The position numbers and the translations under genes were made by a program. The notes below the pieces were generated by a model. That model did no database searches. It saw nothing but the letters and a program-made list of their open reading frames with translations, and was not told the DNA's origin. This document shows, one piece after another, positions 11,280 through 23,979 of a DNA stretch of 64,000 bases. Positions within the stretch are counted from its first letter, which is position 1; every line of letters starts with the position of its first letter. The stretch spans positions 3,578,866 to 3,642,865 of the forward strand of contig MU053379.1 in assembly GCA_013239625.1 (NCBI GenBank). Direction: 5' to 3'. Origin of the DNA: Lama guanicoe (taxonomy: Eukaryota).

Positions 11280-11560
11280 CAGTATGTGACGTGGGTGACA
11301 ATGGCCCAGGTTAGAGCGAGCCCCTCGTCGGCGCGTCCTGGGTGGTCGGACCCGGGCAAACACAAATACAAACCGATTGCTAAGCTGCGGACAATGAGCG
11401 AAATGTAGACAAATGTCCCGCTCCCGTTGGAAGCCTTTGTCCCCGCTCGGTTTTTGCATTTATTTCAGTGGCGAAATAATACATGATTGACGCTCTCTTT
11501 CAATGTGTCCTAACTGTTTGGAATAAATCTAAGGTTGTTCCTAGTTGTCATGGCATTCAA
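11280..11560. promoter_or_regulatory. Hedgehog-responsive (GLI/SoxB1/FoxA) ventral neural tube enhancer of NKX2-2
   Basis: Perfect GLI site TGGGTGGTC 11339-11347; SOX ACAATG 11298 and 11391; CCTTTGT 11434-11440; forkhead GCAAACACAAATACA 11356-11370; ~2 kb upstream of the gene, where the mouse Nkx2.2 Shh enhancer is known to lie. Confidence 0.8.
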
Positions 11561-14500
11561 CCCTTTTCAATGGACTATCTCTTCATTCATTTCTGAATCC
11601 GTCCACAATATTAAGGAAACCCCTTCATGTGGACGCTCCCCAGTCCTCTGTTTCTCCTCCTCCTTTTCCTTTTCTCCTTTCCCCCCTCCTTTCCCCTTTC
11701 TTCCCTGCAAGAATTAGAAACTGGTTTGAATCGTGTTCCTCGAACCCATTACTTTTCGTGCTCTTTCCCCCCCTCTTTCTCTTCCCAGCCCGTCTTTCCC
11801 AGCCTCCCTCCGCCTTGTCCCCCCTCCCCCTTCCACTCGGGAGCTCCCGGGCCCCGTCCAGTCCGAGGAGGGAAGTTGGGTCTCCAGGCGTCTGAGGCCC
11901 AGAGTTTGGAAACAGAGGCTGTCGGGCCTGCCCCAGCCATTGTTACTCAGCTGCTAAATAAATAACCAGCGAGGAAAAGTTCCTCAACCCAAGCTTTGCA
12001 GAAAAAAAATCCTTCTTCCTGGTCCCTCCTCTTATTCCTGTCCCAAGGGAGGGGTGACTCTTGGGGACCAGGGTAGACTCCAGGAATGGGGAAGGGCCCG
12101 AAACGATTCTGGGTGGGCCAGGCCAATTCCTGGGCTGGGTGAGAAATGGCCTTTTTGGCAAGAAGTGTCCCTTTTGCATATCCCCGGAGCCATCTTTGGG
12201 AGGGGTGTCCTCAGACCCCTCCACGGGGCCTGGTCATGTCCTCACCTCGGAACCACCTATTTCCACCTGGCTCCCAACTTCTCCCTTCCCCCAACATAGT
12301 GGCCTTTCTCCAAGGATCGAATCAGCGCTGCCACGGCTGATAACGTCCCCTCCCTCACATCTGGCAGAGCACCCGGGACACGACTGCTGTCCTACCCAGG
12401 GCTCCAGGCTCCTGGGAGCTGATCCTGGAGAGGGAGCCTCTGCTGCCAAGGGAGGTCCCGGCCCAGTTCACAGGGGCGGGGCGTGGCCCCACACCTGCCG
12501 GATGGTCTCAACGAGAGGCAGCTCTTCCACACCTGAGGTTGCAGGGTCCCCTTCCAGGAGCACTTGCGGGGCCACCCAGCCTCCGCCAGCACAGGCCGCG
12601 GTCTGGGTCTCCATTCCCTCCTCACCCTCACCTGGCTGGTTTTCCCTGCCCCTGGCCTTGGGGCCAAGGAGCTGGGAGAGAGCTGTAGGGAGGCTCCGCT
12701 AGGCTCCTCAGCCCCGCTCAGTGCCCCGGGGAGCTGGGCCCACTGTGCTCTGTGTCTTCCTCCTAGCACCTCGTGAATCCATTTTGCCCAGCACTTGGTC
12801 GACCGTGTGGTTCCCGCATATGCTTCCAAAGCGCTGACATTTGCAATTGAAAAGGCCCAGGGAGACCACTGGGAGGCCCATAATTGAAGGGGAGAAACTC
12901 GGCTTGTTAGAGGAAGATCATAAAATGCAAGTCCCCCAGGAGTGGCCTGCAGGGGACCAGCTGGCGGCCAGGGACAGGTCCAGTGCCCAAAGCACGCTCC
13001 AGGGTCTCCTGGGTCTCCTGGGTCTCCTGCAACCCAAAGAGCGGGGCCAGGCACCAAAAGCACTTATCCACACAAATTAAACAGGTGATTGCCCCTGGAG
13101 GGCTCCGCAAGAGGTCTTGCTGGGAGCAGCACAGCCTGGCCTTTTCCAGCTGGGGGTCTCCTGCCTGGCGAGGTCCTGCACACCCAGCAGGCTGACAGGG
13201 CCAAGCCCCGTGCCCCTGGCCTGCTCCAGAGCCCTCCATTTATGTCTCTGCTATCCCCACCCTGTCAGCTCTGAACAGTGTCCTCTGGCATCAGGTCAGC
13301 TGTAGGATGTGCTCTAGTCTCCTTATCTTGGGATTCTTTAGTAAATCCTTTCCAGGTTCCATCTTGCAGCCAGGAGAGGACAGTGTGCTGGCTTCCATCA
13401 TGTTTGGCTTTGGGTCTGGGCTCTGCGTAAGGCGTCAGGGGAGGGTCAGAGCGCTCAGACTTGGTCCTTCCGCTGCGAACTTGGGAAGAAGTTTAGACGG
13501 GCGCTGAAGTTTGATGGCAGCTGTTCTGCGCCAGAGGGAGACACGTTTAGCTCTCTTGGCTGTGCGACCACCACCTAGTACCCCTGCCAGAGTCACCCGA
13601 GTAGACAGAGGTCCCCTGCCACAGATTTTTATCCTCAGCGTTGGGGCTCCAAGTTCCTTACAAATCTCTAACATCCCTTCTTCCTCGGTTCAGGACTAGC
13701 GCAGAGGGAGTCACAGGCCCCTAGGAGCGGTGGGGGAGAGCAGGAAGGGAGTCTCCCTCCCTGGAGGTTGGAAGGAACCTTCTTAGGAGGCCTCTCAGGC
13801 CACTAAGCTCATCTGCCCCTCCGGGTTCCCGAGGGATGGAAGCGCAGGCGCCGGGGAGGGCGCGGGGAGCTCAACCGCCGCTAGAGGCCCAGGCGGGAGG
13901 CGAGTGTACACAGGCTAAGTGGCCCCACTCCAGGACAAGTGGCCCTCCAAGTCTGCCCAGTGTTTACCTGTTTACTTTCCCAGGTGGCTCAAACACGAGC
14001 GCCTTTTCTGAGCTCCGGAACATGGGGGCGGCCCCAGGCGCCCCTGGCCCAGCCCCACGCGTCCTCACCCTGCGGCTTCACGACCCCTGTTGGGGGCGGG
14101 GGGTCTCTAAACCGCAGCGGACAAGGCAAGACAGGAAGGCACTTTGGGAAAGTGAGGAGAGGCCTGGGCACACCCCACTTGTGGGAGCCTGCCTTGGGGT
14201 GCCTGTGGGTGAGGCGGGCGTTCCAGAGTGCACCTAGCACCCCCTTGCCCCATCAGTCTATCCCTGAAGGCCTCTTGGCTTGGAGGCCTCTTGGGAGGCA
14301 CTCTGCTCACATCTTTCTCCTTTCAGCCTGGTGAGACCTTGCTGGGTAGGTGTCTCCTCCAGAGGATTTTGGGGGCAGGAAAAGCCCTGGGGAGAGCGCC
14401 TTGAGGGTCCACTGTAAAGGGGCGGTGGCCTTGAGGAACCTGAAGCCTCGGCGGCGCCCCTCATCCTCCCCACCCACAAAAGCGCTTCCATCATTAAAAA

Positions 14501-16299
14501 TACAAGGTCTTTCCCATTATTTGGAAAGGCTGATTTGACTTCCTTTCGTTTCTTTCTTTTTTGGAATGAAAAGAGGCTGAAAAGAAACTCCTTCCCTGGT
14601 GCAGTACGTGGCTGAGCTCTCGCCCCCTTCCCCCTCCCATCTCAGATAACAGCCTTCAAGTGGATTAGTTTATTGTCTGGTTAGCGCCAAGGTGCAAGCG
14701 TTTGTCTTCATTCACTCCAGAGACAAAGCGCGTTGCACCTTCCTTCTCCGCGAGGATTAGCAGCGGACACAAAGGTTTTGTTGGAGGAGGTTTATTTTCT
14801 CTCGGGTGTGGAGGCTGACATGCACTCGAAATCAGTGGGGAAGGAAAATGTCGCCCAATCTGGTCCGAGAGCTCGGCTATAAAGACGCCCACCTTTAAGA
14901 TTCGCTCCTCCGAGGCGGCCCACGGTGGCCCCAACTTCGGGGAGGGGGGCGCTACAAAAAGCAAGGGGTGCCAGATGAAAGAATTCAGGAGTATGGCCTA
15001 GGGTGCCACCCCAAGCAGCACCTTTCCCACCTAGAAAACTGAAAGGCAGGCTAGTCTCTGGTAGGTCCTAGCACCAATTGGCATCACCTTCTGCCCCCGG
15101 AGAAGGAAGCAGAGGTCCCTGGAAGTCCCTGCGGCCTGGGGGAGGGCGTGTGTGACAGAGTGGAGTGGCTGGGTGGGGGAGGCCGACAGCCCTGTGTGAG
15201 GCCAGATCAGGACAGGTGCAAGTCTCTGGCAGAAGAGACACGCAGCCATTGGACAGATGGACCAGAAGGTAGAGACTGGTGAGAAGGGAAAGGAAACCCC
15301 AGCCCACAATGAGTTCAAGCCTAAGGTGAGTTTTTTTTTTCTTTCTTTGATTTATATTGTGTTAACACAGCACGGGAAGAGTGAGGGCACCCTCTGGGAC
15401 AGCCCGCCCAAATCGCCAAGAAGATGCTGGGCGGAGAGGTTCTCCAGGCCCAGAGGCAGAGCTCAGTCCTGCATCTCAGAACCCTCTCCCACACCTTCCC
15501 CCAAGCCTCAGGAGCTCTCTAAAGCCTTGGAGAGAAGAATTGGTCTTGGGACCCAGAGCCTGGAGCCCCCCTGCAATTAACTGTGGGTGCAGGATGCAGG
15601 CACCCGGGCAAGCTATCTCCCCCCTATTCTTCTTCAAGGTGAAATACACAACACTTTCCCAATTATATGCCTGAAAAAAAAAAAGGCAGACATCTCCCGA
15701 GGATATAAATTGTAATAGAAATTAGGATTTCTCTTTCTATTAATCAGCCTCATTGTGTGGGCGTAAGACCCCGTGGACATATGTTAGGACTTTGATAAAT
15801 GCGCTTTAATGAGATCTTTGAAAATGCATCCAATAAAATAAAAGGCGAGAAAAGCCGTTTAACTTTCATGGATGTTAAATTGAACACGAAATGTGGCTCG
15901 GGGCGCGCTGCAAAATGGAACCGGCCTTCCTCCAATATTTTCTTTAAAAACGTAGCTCTAAGCCCCCCTTAGGCCAAATGAGCCTGTCCCAGCCAATCCA
16001 TTGTCACCGGTTTATTGGGGAACCAAACACCACGTCCCCCCAGGCGAACCCCTTTGCTTTATTCGTTCGCGCGGCTCTAATGATTAAACATGTTACAAGG
16101 AGATTACGCGTCGTCAGTGTTGCCTTCGGGAACGTTCTTCCAGCCCAGCTAGCCCTTCCCCCGATAAGGGCGATTTCAAGGTAGGAGACTTGGGTTTCTC
16201 CAGGAAAGACAGCGCCGAAAGCACGTTCTTATCTGAATTTACTTAACACGTGACAAAGCCGTACCACAGGACTTCGAAAAACAAGAGGCCTCTCCTAAC

Positions 16300-18350
16300 G
16301 GGTTAGTATCCGGCACCTCAAGCTGGGCCAGGGGGCGATGGGGGGGGGCTCATGTAGCCTTCGCCCGCGCAAGGCAGGCCCCCTCCCAGCCTGCGCGGAA
16401 CCTGCGAGCCGGGGCCGGGAGCACGAGGCGCCGACCCGCGAGGGCCCTCGGGCACCAGAGGGAGGGTGTTCGCTCTTGTTTCTCCCATATGAGCACCGGA
16501 GGTCCACAGCCCTCCTCCAGACGCAATGCCCCCTTTCCACCCTCCGGGCGCCACCAAGATCGAGAAGGCGCGAGAGGCGCGCCAGAGGGCCTCCTTGCAG
16601 TGTGTGTGTGTGTCCGTGCGCGCGCGCGGGGTGGGGGGAGCAGAGGGGGCGCCCCTCGGAGACCAGGGCTTCTGCAAACCCACCGAGGCCCATTCCTGAT
16701 CCTCTGGCGAGCTCTACCGACGCAAACGAGAACTGTCCGGCTCCCCTCCAAGTCCAGGCTTGAGCCGCCTCCCCAGAGACCCCCGACCCTGACTCGGGCC
16801 CCAGCCCTTGCCCTTCCTGCCTGCGACTCCCGCTCCTTACCCTCCTCCTCGCCCGAACCCCGGGGCCCAGTTCCGCCCGAGGAGAACCGCTTTCTCCAAT
16901 AGGCGCCATCGCCAAATTACCTTTGGGATCTCGCCTCTGCCTGCAACCCCCATCCCGAGCGCCCGCGCCCACCGGGGAGACTTACCCGGCAGAAGGGGTG
17001 CCGGGCTGCGCCCTTCCAGGCAGCGGCCCGGGCGGCCCGGGAGGCCCCGGAGCCTCGGGAGCTGGCAGCGGGGAGGGGCCCGAGGCGCGTGGCGCGCCCG
17101 CTCCGCCTCCCACTCCCGGCGCTGCGGCGACAGCCCCGCCGCATCTCCGGGCGCGCCTTTATCTAGTCCCCCACCTACCCGGACCCCCCTTCCAGCGCTC
17201 CCCTCCCCCGCCGCGCCCTCCCGGGCGGGGCTCCAAGCCCCGGCGCGCCGCTCCTCCCCGCGCTCCCCGCTGCCCGCACCTGCCGGCCCCCGGCGGTCCG
17301 GCTCCCCGGGTGCGCGGCGGCGGGAGCACCTGGCCTGGGCCACAGGTAAAACTTTTCCCGGCTGCGGGCGCGGCGGGCGGGGCCCGGCCCCTCCCCGAGC
17401 TCCCCTCTCGTGACCAGCGGAGCCGCTGGCGGACTTGAGACGCCCGGCACTTGCCCACCTGCTGCTTCCAAACCCCGCGGCCGGGCGACCGAGCCGAGGC
17501 GGGAGCCGCGAGAGGGAGCAGCGCAGGCGGGCGCGCGGGGACGCCGAGCCCGGCACACCCGGGCGGGGCCGGCGGGACCCCAGACCCCTCTCCCCCTGGC
17601 CCGCCGCGGGGCCCCGGCCCCGAGCGCGTTCCGGTCCCCGGCGGCTGCGGAGGCCCGCGCGGGGCTGGGGCTGCATCGAGGGGGAGCGAGGGTGCGCGCC
17701 GACAGCCGGGGGCTGGGGGGGAGACGCCGGGCTCCGGTGCGGCTCCCCGCGCAGCCGCGCGCCCAGCGCTCGGAGACCACCCCCGGCCGCGCGCGCGAGC
17801 GGCAGGCTCACCTGGAGCGCGGCTGCGCCGGGAGCCCCGGGCCCGCGAGCGCGCAGATCCCCGGCCGCTCTTTATCCTGAGCTGCGGGCGGCTGCGGAGC
17901 CGCGGGCGCTCGGGCAGTGGCGCGGCGAGCTCTCCCCCTCCCGGCTCCGGCTCCCGGCCCGGCGGCCCCACCCTCCCCGCTCCGGCCCCGCGGCCGCCGC
18001 GCAGCCCCAGCGGAGGGGGCCGCTCCCCCGCGCCGCGCGCTCTGTTTGTTTTCCTTGCCCGACTGACGTGAGTCAAAATATTGGCCATATGTTCAGCGGT
18101 AATAAATTGGGTATGAGCGCAAACACACTTGGGCTTCGATGGCTCTTTCAGCTGCCACATGGCCCGCTTGGAGGTAGGGGGGCTGCCACCTTGCCGCGGC
18201 CGCCACCCCCAAACAGGGGGCAGGTCCCTCTCCTGAGCGCCCCTCCCGAGCTGGAGATCTGGGATCCCTGGGCTCTCCCGTCCGTCGCCCCTCCGCCGTC
18301 CCCAGCCGCGCCTCGGACCTCGCAGCTCCAGGCCAGCCCCGGGCTGCTGC
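16300..18350. promoter_or_regulatory. Upstream CpG island
   Basis: About 2 kb of extremely GC/CpG-rich sequence. Confidence 0.9.
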
Positions 18351-18420
18351 CTAACAAGGTCGCCATCTATAAATTGCTCGGTCGCTAAGACGCCATAAAA
18401 TCGAAGGGCCAGATGTGGCA
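17812..18420 (-). promoter_or_regulatory. Candidate distal (islet-type) NKX2-2 promoter with short non-coding first exon
   Basis: FOXA sites TGTTTGTT 18043 and GCAAACAC 18119; E-boxes CATATG 18086, CAGCTG 18149, CACATG 18156, CAGATG 18410; TATA-like GATAAA (minus) 17876-17871; donor CAG|GTGAG at 17811. Confidence 0.55.
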
Positions 18421-21164
18421 CGTTATTTATGTGTGAAACCGCGTTTACTCTAGATATGCCATCCAAGGCTGATAGCGCGGCTTGGCGGGAGGTCACGGAC
18501 CTCTCGCCCCAGGCTCCTGGCTCCTCCCCCCGCACCCTCCCCTCCAGATCCAGGGATGTTGGTCTTTCTGGGAAAGGGATTCAGCTCTGCCACCTAGGAA
18601 GAAAGTGATTTCAGTGCACTTGTGCCAAGGTGCCACCTGTCCAAGGATTAGAAGCAGCCTCTGGGATTTATTTCTGGAGTTTTCTGTTCTTTTTTTTTTT
18701 TCTTCTATAGGGCCTGTGAGGCTGGTTTATTTTCCAGACAGTTGATGTGTCCCATGGGACTGTGGTCTGAGAGAGAGGTGGTATTTGAAAACTGAAGATG
18801 CTCAACCCTGCAGCTGGGTGGGATGTAAGGGTGAGGCCTCCTGACCCCCTAGGGAGGGATTTTTTGTTTTTTTGAGGAGAGGCAGAGCTGGAAGTGGAAC
18901 AGATCACCTGGCTGAGGGAGCACCTGGGATCATCCCTGCCTCATGCCTGACTGTGCACTCCAGTGTCACATGTCACCCACCTTATTCAAATCAAATGGCA
19001 GGCAAGGCACTCAGACAGAGGCCATCGTGCCTTGGATGTGAAACCCGAGCCGCCCTGTGTGATTCGGGAAAGAGAGGCCAACACTGTGGAGTAATAGAAA
19101 CAATTGTTTCATTTTTCTCCTCCAGAAGGCGGCCTCCGGACTGCACGTCCCCAAACTGGTCACCTCACATGAATTCATTAAGAGTCATTGTCTCTCCTGT
19201 GCCATTACTTTACTATTTCTTGAAGTGAACCAAATTCTCTCTGTGGTTAATAAGCACTGAGCTGGGCCCCCTACCTTCCTTTTCATCTTCAAAACACCTG
19301 GGGTTCCCTGAATGACATCTTCCATCTGGCCAAGGAAAATCAGAGATGAAAAATGTTGCCCTACTGCCGGGAAAAACATAAGCATTTGGCACCACTATTA
19401 CAAGTTACCCTGGGTCTGTGTTCACTGGATAACTGTCCTTAGTGGCAGGTAAGGGGGGGGGAATGATGCTGTTGAAAAGGGTGGGAGAGAAGAAGAGAAA
19501 GGATGTGGGGTGAGGGAGGAGGAGGGACCTATTCAACAGGTGCAAAAAAGAGCTATAAAATGTACCTCTTAACCCTAAGTGCTGAGCACCAACCGTGCCT
19601 CTCCAGATCCGCTCTCCTGGGCCTTAGAGCGAGCTCCCAGAAATCCTCAGTTACCACGGAGAAACCTGGGGCTCCACTCAAGCCTGCAGGAGCTGTTAAT
19701 CTTGGAAAATTACTACTGCATTGCACTCTTGTTTTTTCCTTGGATTTTAAGTCTTTATTTACGGTTCAAAACAAAATCAGAGTGCAGTTTGCGATTCACA
19801 TCACCTCCCATGTAAACTCTGTGATCACCGGTAAAGCACGTCTTTGGGTGAAACTGTTGCTTTGTGCTCCAAACTGGACAAGGGGATTTGAAGACAACCT
19901 TCATCTGTGTAGTTCTCCCTGGGAGGGGCAGCTCTGTCTGACGAGTGCCCCACGGACAGGCTCGTGCTCTCCCCCTGCCCATGTCACTGATAACGGCTAT
20001 GCAGTGAGCAGGGACATGAGCTTAGGAAGTCGGTGTTTGGTGGTCTCATGTGGAACACTAAGAGACATGAAGCAAAGGGTACATCGAAGTCAGTCTTTAT
20101 GTAATTCCCTTTTGGAGAAAAATTAAAAATAGCAAAAGTACCAAGGCACCAACTAGGTAATTGAAAACAAAAACCTGTTACTAAGGCGATGCGGCGGAGG
20201 GCACGATTTAGGTGAAGCACACTTGCTCAGGTGAACGCACCCGTGCTCTCTCTGGGCTTAGCTAGCGATCCAGTGCTGAGCTCCAAGCATCCTTAGACCT
20301 GAACAGATTTCAAACAGTGACTTTTCTTAGTTCCATGATCTTTATGCTATTATTACTTCAGAGACATTCCTGTTCTGCCCATGGACTCAAAATTCATGGG
20401 CTTTGTCGCTGGAAAAGCTTTCCTCCACACAGTTCCCCAGCGGTACCACTAGCTGCCAGGTGCTTGTGTTGTTTCCCTCTGGGAGTAAGCAGTTCTCGGA
20501 ACTTACAAGTGAAGCACCAGCCAAAACCAAACCTTGAGACTGCTTTGGCCCGGCTAGGAAGGGTGTAGTTGCACTGTCTTGAGGAGAGTCACACAGTGGT
20601 TCCCGCGGATGGAATTCCTTCCTCTTCCCAGCTTCTTGGGCCACTACGAGGTCCGGTCAATCAAGGAAGGCCGGTGCCTTGTTTGTGCCTTCCTCGGGCA
20701 TCCTGCTTGGTGGCCAGAGGAGCCCAGGGGAGGTGAGAGCCAAGATGCACATGGAGGGAGGTCAACGCCCCCCACCCCCGACAACGGGGGCTGTCACAAA
20801 GTGTGGTGCACCTGCAAGTATCATAATGCAAATGGAGTGTGGAAGAGACTCTGTAGATGGTGATGCCCCTTCCAGGACCTTCAGCAAGTGAAAGGGTCAC
20901 CTGACTCTTCCGGCATGGAAGCCTGGTCCACTTTATCTGAAACCAGACTGGCTTCTTTCCCTCCATGCATCCATCAGCAGAGCCAGAGGGCAGAAACCAT
21001 GGTGTAATGAGGCTCTTGGGTTCCCAGAGGCTGAGAATGACACCAGCTCCCTCCCATCTCCTGCAGAGAACCGGGGAGAGCAAACACAGCGGGATGCGGA
21101 ACATTTTGTTAAAAGCATTGGCAGCGGCCAAGGAATTTGGTGCCATGTGTCAGACCTTCGAGAA

Positions 21165-21412
21165 GTAAAAATCAAGTGCATCTAGAGATAGAAAGCAGAC
21201 CAGTGGCTGCCTGAGGCCGGGAGGCACCGGGTATCCTGGGGGGTGATGGCTAAGCGGTGTGAGATTTCTTTTTGGGAAAATGACAGTGTTCTAAAAATGA
21301 TGGTGGTGACGACCACACAACTCTGAATACACTAAAAGCCACTGACTTGTGCACACTAAATTGGGTGAATTGTATGGTATGTGAATTGTATGTCAAGAAA
21401 GCTGTTCAAAAA
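21165..21412 (+). mobile_element. Old L1 (L1MB/MC-like) 3' end fragment
   Basis: tagagatagaaagcagaccagtggctgcc...gtgaattgtatggtatgtgaattgtatgtcaagaaagctgtt, typical of L1M 3' termini. Confidence 0.75.
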
Positions 21413-21509
21413 ATCAAACTTATCTCTTTTTTCACCCAGGCTAGAAGGTGCTGGGCTAGAAGGCAGGAGAGAATGTGGGAGTTTGTGGAAGACAGGTGAT
21501 CCTCAAAGC

Positions 21510-22450
21510 TGTTTCTCATCTTCCCAATTTTCATTCTGAGTATTTTCAAACATACACAAAAAGTTGAGAGAGCAAACATTTGTATGCCCTGGACTTGGAT
21601 TAACAATTGTTCGCATTTTGCTACATATGATTATCACTCTATATAAATGCATTTTTTTGGTTGAACTAGTTGGAATTAAGGTTGTAAACACCATAATACT
21701 TTTTTCCCCACTGAATATTTCAGCATGCATCGCCTAAGAATAGACAGTCTTCAACATAATCACAATACCATTACCACGCTTCAGAAAATTAGCAATAATT
21801 GCATCATTTATCTGATATTTATTCCTTATTCAAATTTCTTGAATTTTACCACCCCCAAAATACATTTTCATAGCTAGTTAATTTCTTCCAAACCCAGGAC
21901 CTATTCAAGGTTCATGTCCTGCACGGCTGCATTTGATTTTTTTTATTTTAGTTTTTTATGTCCTAATTCTCTTAACTTACAATAGTCTTTTTTGTCTTCC
22001 TCCCTCCCTCCTTCCCTTCATTCCTTCCTCTCTCCCTCACTCACTCACTTCCTTCCTTCCTCCCTTCCTTCCTTCCTTCCTTCCCTCCCTCCTTTCTGGC
22101 ATTGACTTTGGAGAACCCAGATCATTTGGAGAACGCCCTCCTCCCCTTCCTGGACTTGCCAGAATGTTTTCTCCTGGTGTCATTTCCCCTGCTCCTCTAC
22201 CCCTTGCACAGCCACAAACTGGATGCTAGATCTGGAGTCTGGATTAGGTCCATGCTTTGCGTTCGTGATGGGAATGCCACGTGGCTGGTACGCCACGTTG
22301 CATGTTGCTTGGAAGCACAGCACATCCCTCTATTAGTGAGACTAAATTTGATCACTTGGTTGAGGTGGTGATCGCCGTACTGTCCTGTGTGAATTAATAC
22401 AAGACGAGTCAGTAACCTTAGGGGTAAGCGATGCTTCCGCACAGTTTCAG
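21510..22450 (-). mobile_element. Old L1 (L1MC/ME-like) fragments with embedded (CCTT)n at ~21997-22095
   Basis: cataatcacaataccattaccac; ccaggacctattcaaggttcatg; cattgactttggagaaccc motifs. Confidence 0.55.
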
Positions 22451-22984
22451 GGCTCTTTGTCACTGTGTCCCCACAACCTGCATCCGGTGGGTTTTAGCGC
22501 CCGTTGCCTGGATTCTATTGCTCTGTTGGTATTTTTCTGAAAGAAGAGCTTTCTTTCCTTCAGCCCATGGAAGGAAAGGAAGCTCAAGGAGTGAACAATT
22601 TCAATGTTGTAAGCAATTAACACCGTTCTTTTGATGCTTAGATTATCCCAACTGTCCAGGGCGCAGCAGTGGGAGAAGTCAGACAAAGAAAATGAGGAGG
22701 AACGTGGAGGAGACCATGAACCTGCAGAATTAGTGGGCTTTGGTGGTTCTTGGCAACCCACGTCATCATGGGCGGCTTCTGTGTCTATTTCCAGCTAGCA
22801 GTGGACGGCTCCTCGCAACCACAGAGAAAGCCCACGGCTCCAGGGAGTCCAAACGTGTTCCAGCTGCAAACGACTCATATACTGAATGTACCTCAGTTAC
22901 ATGTGTCGCCATTAAAGCAAAAGGAAAGAGACTGATTTTTAAGGAATCGGTTACATGTAAGCACACAGGAATAGCAGCTTGAAG

Positions 22985-23304
22985 TTTCAGTTCTGCAGGG
23001 TGGGCCGGCGGGCTGGAGACCCAGGGAGAGCCGACGTTGCCGTTAAGTCTGGAACGGTCAGGCTGGAGAACCTCCTCCTGCCTCGGCGAGGGAGACACAG
23101 CCTTCGCTGTGCTCAGGCCTTGCCTTCAGCTGACTGGAGGCGGCCTGCTCCCATGGCAGAGGGCTACCTGTCTCACTCAGAGTCTACTGATTAAAAGGCC
23201 AGTCTTGTTCAAACACATCCTCACAGAAACCTCCAGACTAGTGTCTGGCCACATGTGTGGGTCCCATGGCCCAGCCAAGTTGGCCCATAAAATTAACCAC
23301 CCCA
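22985..23304 (-). mobile_element. MLT2 (ERVL) LTR
   Basis: Terminal gcccagccaagttggcccataaaattaaccac resembles the reverse complement of the MLT2 start TGGTTAATTTTATGTGTCAACTTGGCT. Confidence 0.75.
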
Positions 23305-23979
23305 CCCCCTGATGATGTGATGCCGGAAGTTCCAGCACCCAGGAGCGCTGGTGGAAAGTCTTAAGCTACGTTTCTGAGCAGTTCCAGCCACGTGATGCCA
23401 CACAGTGCTGTGTCCTCTGCTCCAGATCTTGGCCTAACTCTTCCCAGCATCGGCCTGGCCTCTTATGGTGACATTCCTGGTAAACACTCTTCATTATAAC
23501 TCGGACTTTTGCATCAGACACGAGACGCACTTCCTATAGGACAAATGCACGTGGCCAAGGGAACGCCATTTGCCGCCCGTGAAGTGATCCAGCTGTTTGC
23601 AGGTGGGAGGAAGGTCACGGGCCTGGTTTTGGCTTTGGGAGGCAAGCTGAGCCCTGACTGCAGCTGAGACCTTCCTAAAGCTGACTGCAAGAGCGTCCTG
23701 GAGCAGACCTAGCCTTGCAGGTTACTCTAGAACAAGGCTGGATTCTGTGTTGCTTCTCTGATTGAAGTAAGAGGACTGGTGACATTTTTAAGGCCCTGGG
23801 ATTGCCTGCTTTCCTAATAGAGATGTGCAAGTTTGGGGAAAGCCAGGCTGAACACGAGCTAATACTTAGAAGTGAACGAAGGAAAACCATGAAATGGGGA
23901 CCCGCTATAATCTGGGGCCACTTTGGGTAGTTCCCGTTTAACTTCTCGCCAGTGTGGGGGCTGCATCCTAACAGCGCGC

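Larger units (their letters stand above)
5900..11400. promoter_or_regulatory. Broad CpG island cluster over the NKX2-2 gene body and promoter (interrupted by the AT-rich 3' UTR)
   Basis: Very high CpG density at 5900-6500, 7300-9500, 10250-11400; typical of Polycomb-regulated homeobox genes. Confidence 0.85.

Noticed and set aside
8955..11289. 319-aa and 343-aa plus-strand ORFs
   Set aside because: Run through G-tracts and CpG island sequence; non-ATG starts and no protein-like composition
16295..18535. Many overlapping 200-458 aa ORFs rich in G/P/R/A
   Set aside because: Stop-codon scarcity in an extreme CpG island; open in several frames on both strands, low complexity
19503..20126. 207-aa ATG-initiated ORF in moderate-GC DNA
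   Set aside because: No recognisable homology, splice structure or promoter; one such ORF is plausible by chance in 64 kb
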